The notes beneath the pieces are model-generated. The model searched no databases. It had not been told where the DNA came from and saw only the letters and a list, made by a program, of their open reading frames with translations. Shown here one piece after another: positions 62,593 through 64,000 of a stretch of DNA of 64,000 bases. Position numbers and translations under genes: made by a program. This stretch comes from Balanoglossus misakiensis (taxonomy: Eukaryota; Animalia; Hemichordata). The first letter of the stretch is position 1. Every line of letters starts with the position of its first letter. The stretch lies in the NCBI GenBank assembly GCA_040954595.2, contig CM082580.2:12946242-13010241 (forward strand), written 5' to 3'.

Positions 62593-64000
62593 GTGAGTGA
62601 GTGACACACACAGCTAAAGGGCCTCATCGACTTGTAAATAGGGAGAGTCCTATGCATACATGTAGATCATGATGTACCTACAGAGTAGATAAATCCTCTC
62701 AAATCAGGCAAGTGAAATATACCTCAACCAAACTATACATAATTGGTATTGTAACATCTTTGTTGTATGGATGACCTGAAGGAAGATGTCAGCATGTGAC
62801 CTAAGGTCAGAGGTCACATACTCTTGGGGCTCCAGTCTGACCTGTAGGTGAATGATACTGCAAATATCAAATCAACTCACACAAGCACAGTTATTTCAAA
62901 TTTCTGTACCAAAACTGTCCATGCTTATATTTCTACTGGTTCCATTAAATGTCAACCAATATTGATGCACACATGGAATTTAATAAAGAAATTGTTGCTT
63001 TGCCTGATAGAAGTCTGAAAACTGTATTTGTGCTATTAAAGACATTTGACATTTTAGAGATGCCTTGTTTCAGTATTCATTAAATCAGAACTGAAGTCAG
63101 CCAGGCATCTCGTAAATATACAACTCACAAAATCCCTCAGGAAGCTGTCTTGACTGTACGCTTGTAGCTGCATTAAGTATTTGCTGATCTTGGAGATCAC
63201 TTATGTGAATAGAATTTATTTTGTTGGGGACTTTTAAGGAATTTCTTTTCTTCAAAACCAAATATAGTAACCTGAGTCTCTACTTTGATACATCCGCATA
63301 AGACGATCGTTGCCCAACAGTTATAACAATAATTGGCAGTATCCATTAGACAAAGTAAAATTATTCCACCATTACTGTCCTGACACTTAATCAAGTGACA
63401 TTCTCCTTAAATCAGTGAGAGGCCACAAGAAATTTGGAAACTATGCAAAGCAAATAATGTACAGTAATGTTTCCGTCCATTTGTGATGTGTTTTTTATTA
63501 CATATATTTATGTAAGTAAAAATCATTGACATGGTTCTGGTCAATGCAAGAAATAAATATAGATTTAATGTTGCAATTTATTGACATTCAATTATACCAT
63601 GGTGTTATTTATATCTGTGTCACACTACTCTACATCATACTAACGGCCCTGCTGGGTATTCTCATTACCCTACATGATCTGTAGGTCAGCTGGTCACCAT
63701 AACTAACATATCTTATATGATACACCATTACCACAAATAGTGTCTGAATATAATGACATTGAGCCTTGTATGTGCCTGGTAGTGAAATTTTTCCATAGGC
63801 AATTGATACAAAACCATGCTGTTATTTTTCCCCATATCTACCTGGCGTCAGAACTGAATCATTCTTACATAACAAAAATGTATATTCCAATAGGATTCAT
63901 TTTCCCACGCCTCAGATCTTGTATGCCGGGCTTGGAATGTGTTTATTTTTTTCTCGGGACAAGTGAGAGGTGAAAAGATCATGATATCAGTTTGTCACAA

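Overview
This is eukaryotic (metazoan) genomic DNA with GT-AG introns and replication-dependent histone genes. It looks like a marine invertebrate, possibly lophotrochozoan, but the taxon cannot be fixed from sequence alone. No prokaryotic features were seen. Gene order, from manual exon assembly: (1) 3' part of a PARP-domain gene with an intact H-Y-E triad and a C-terminal UBA-like domain (+, to 3093); (2) METTL2 tRNA m3C methyltransferase (-, 4264-6485); (3) a divergently transcribed ~873-aa adaptor with a possible TRADD-N-like region, a coiled coil and three death-fold domains (+, 7166-12641), with NF-kB-type sites in the shared promoter; (4) a small histone cluster H2A-H2B-H4-H2A-H2B with no H3 or H1 (13.4-18.1 kb); (5) a single-pass receptor with a cysteine-less Ig domain, half an LDLa-like module and a PDZ-binding tail (+, 23659-29819); (6) a CRACR2A/Rab46-like large Rab GTPase with a divergent switch I and an unresolved 5' end (-, 31931-37330+); (7) about 15 kb of CpG-rich non-coding DNA enriched in perfect CRE sites; (8) mitochondrial helicase Twinkle with an intron-free CDS (-, 54154-56181); (9) head-to-head with it, the 5' exons of an LNX1/2 RING E3 ligase (+, from 59600). 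The most interesting items are the multi-death-domain adaptor, the HYE PARP-UBA protein, the unusual Ig receptor and the histone 3' element that predicts the U7 snRNA sequence. All domain calls are by eye and need HMM or structure confirmation.
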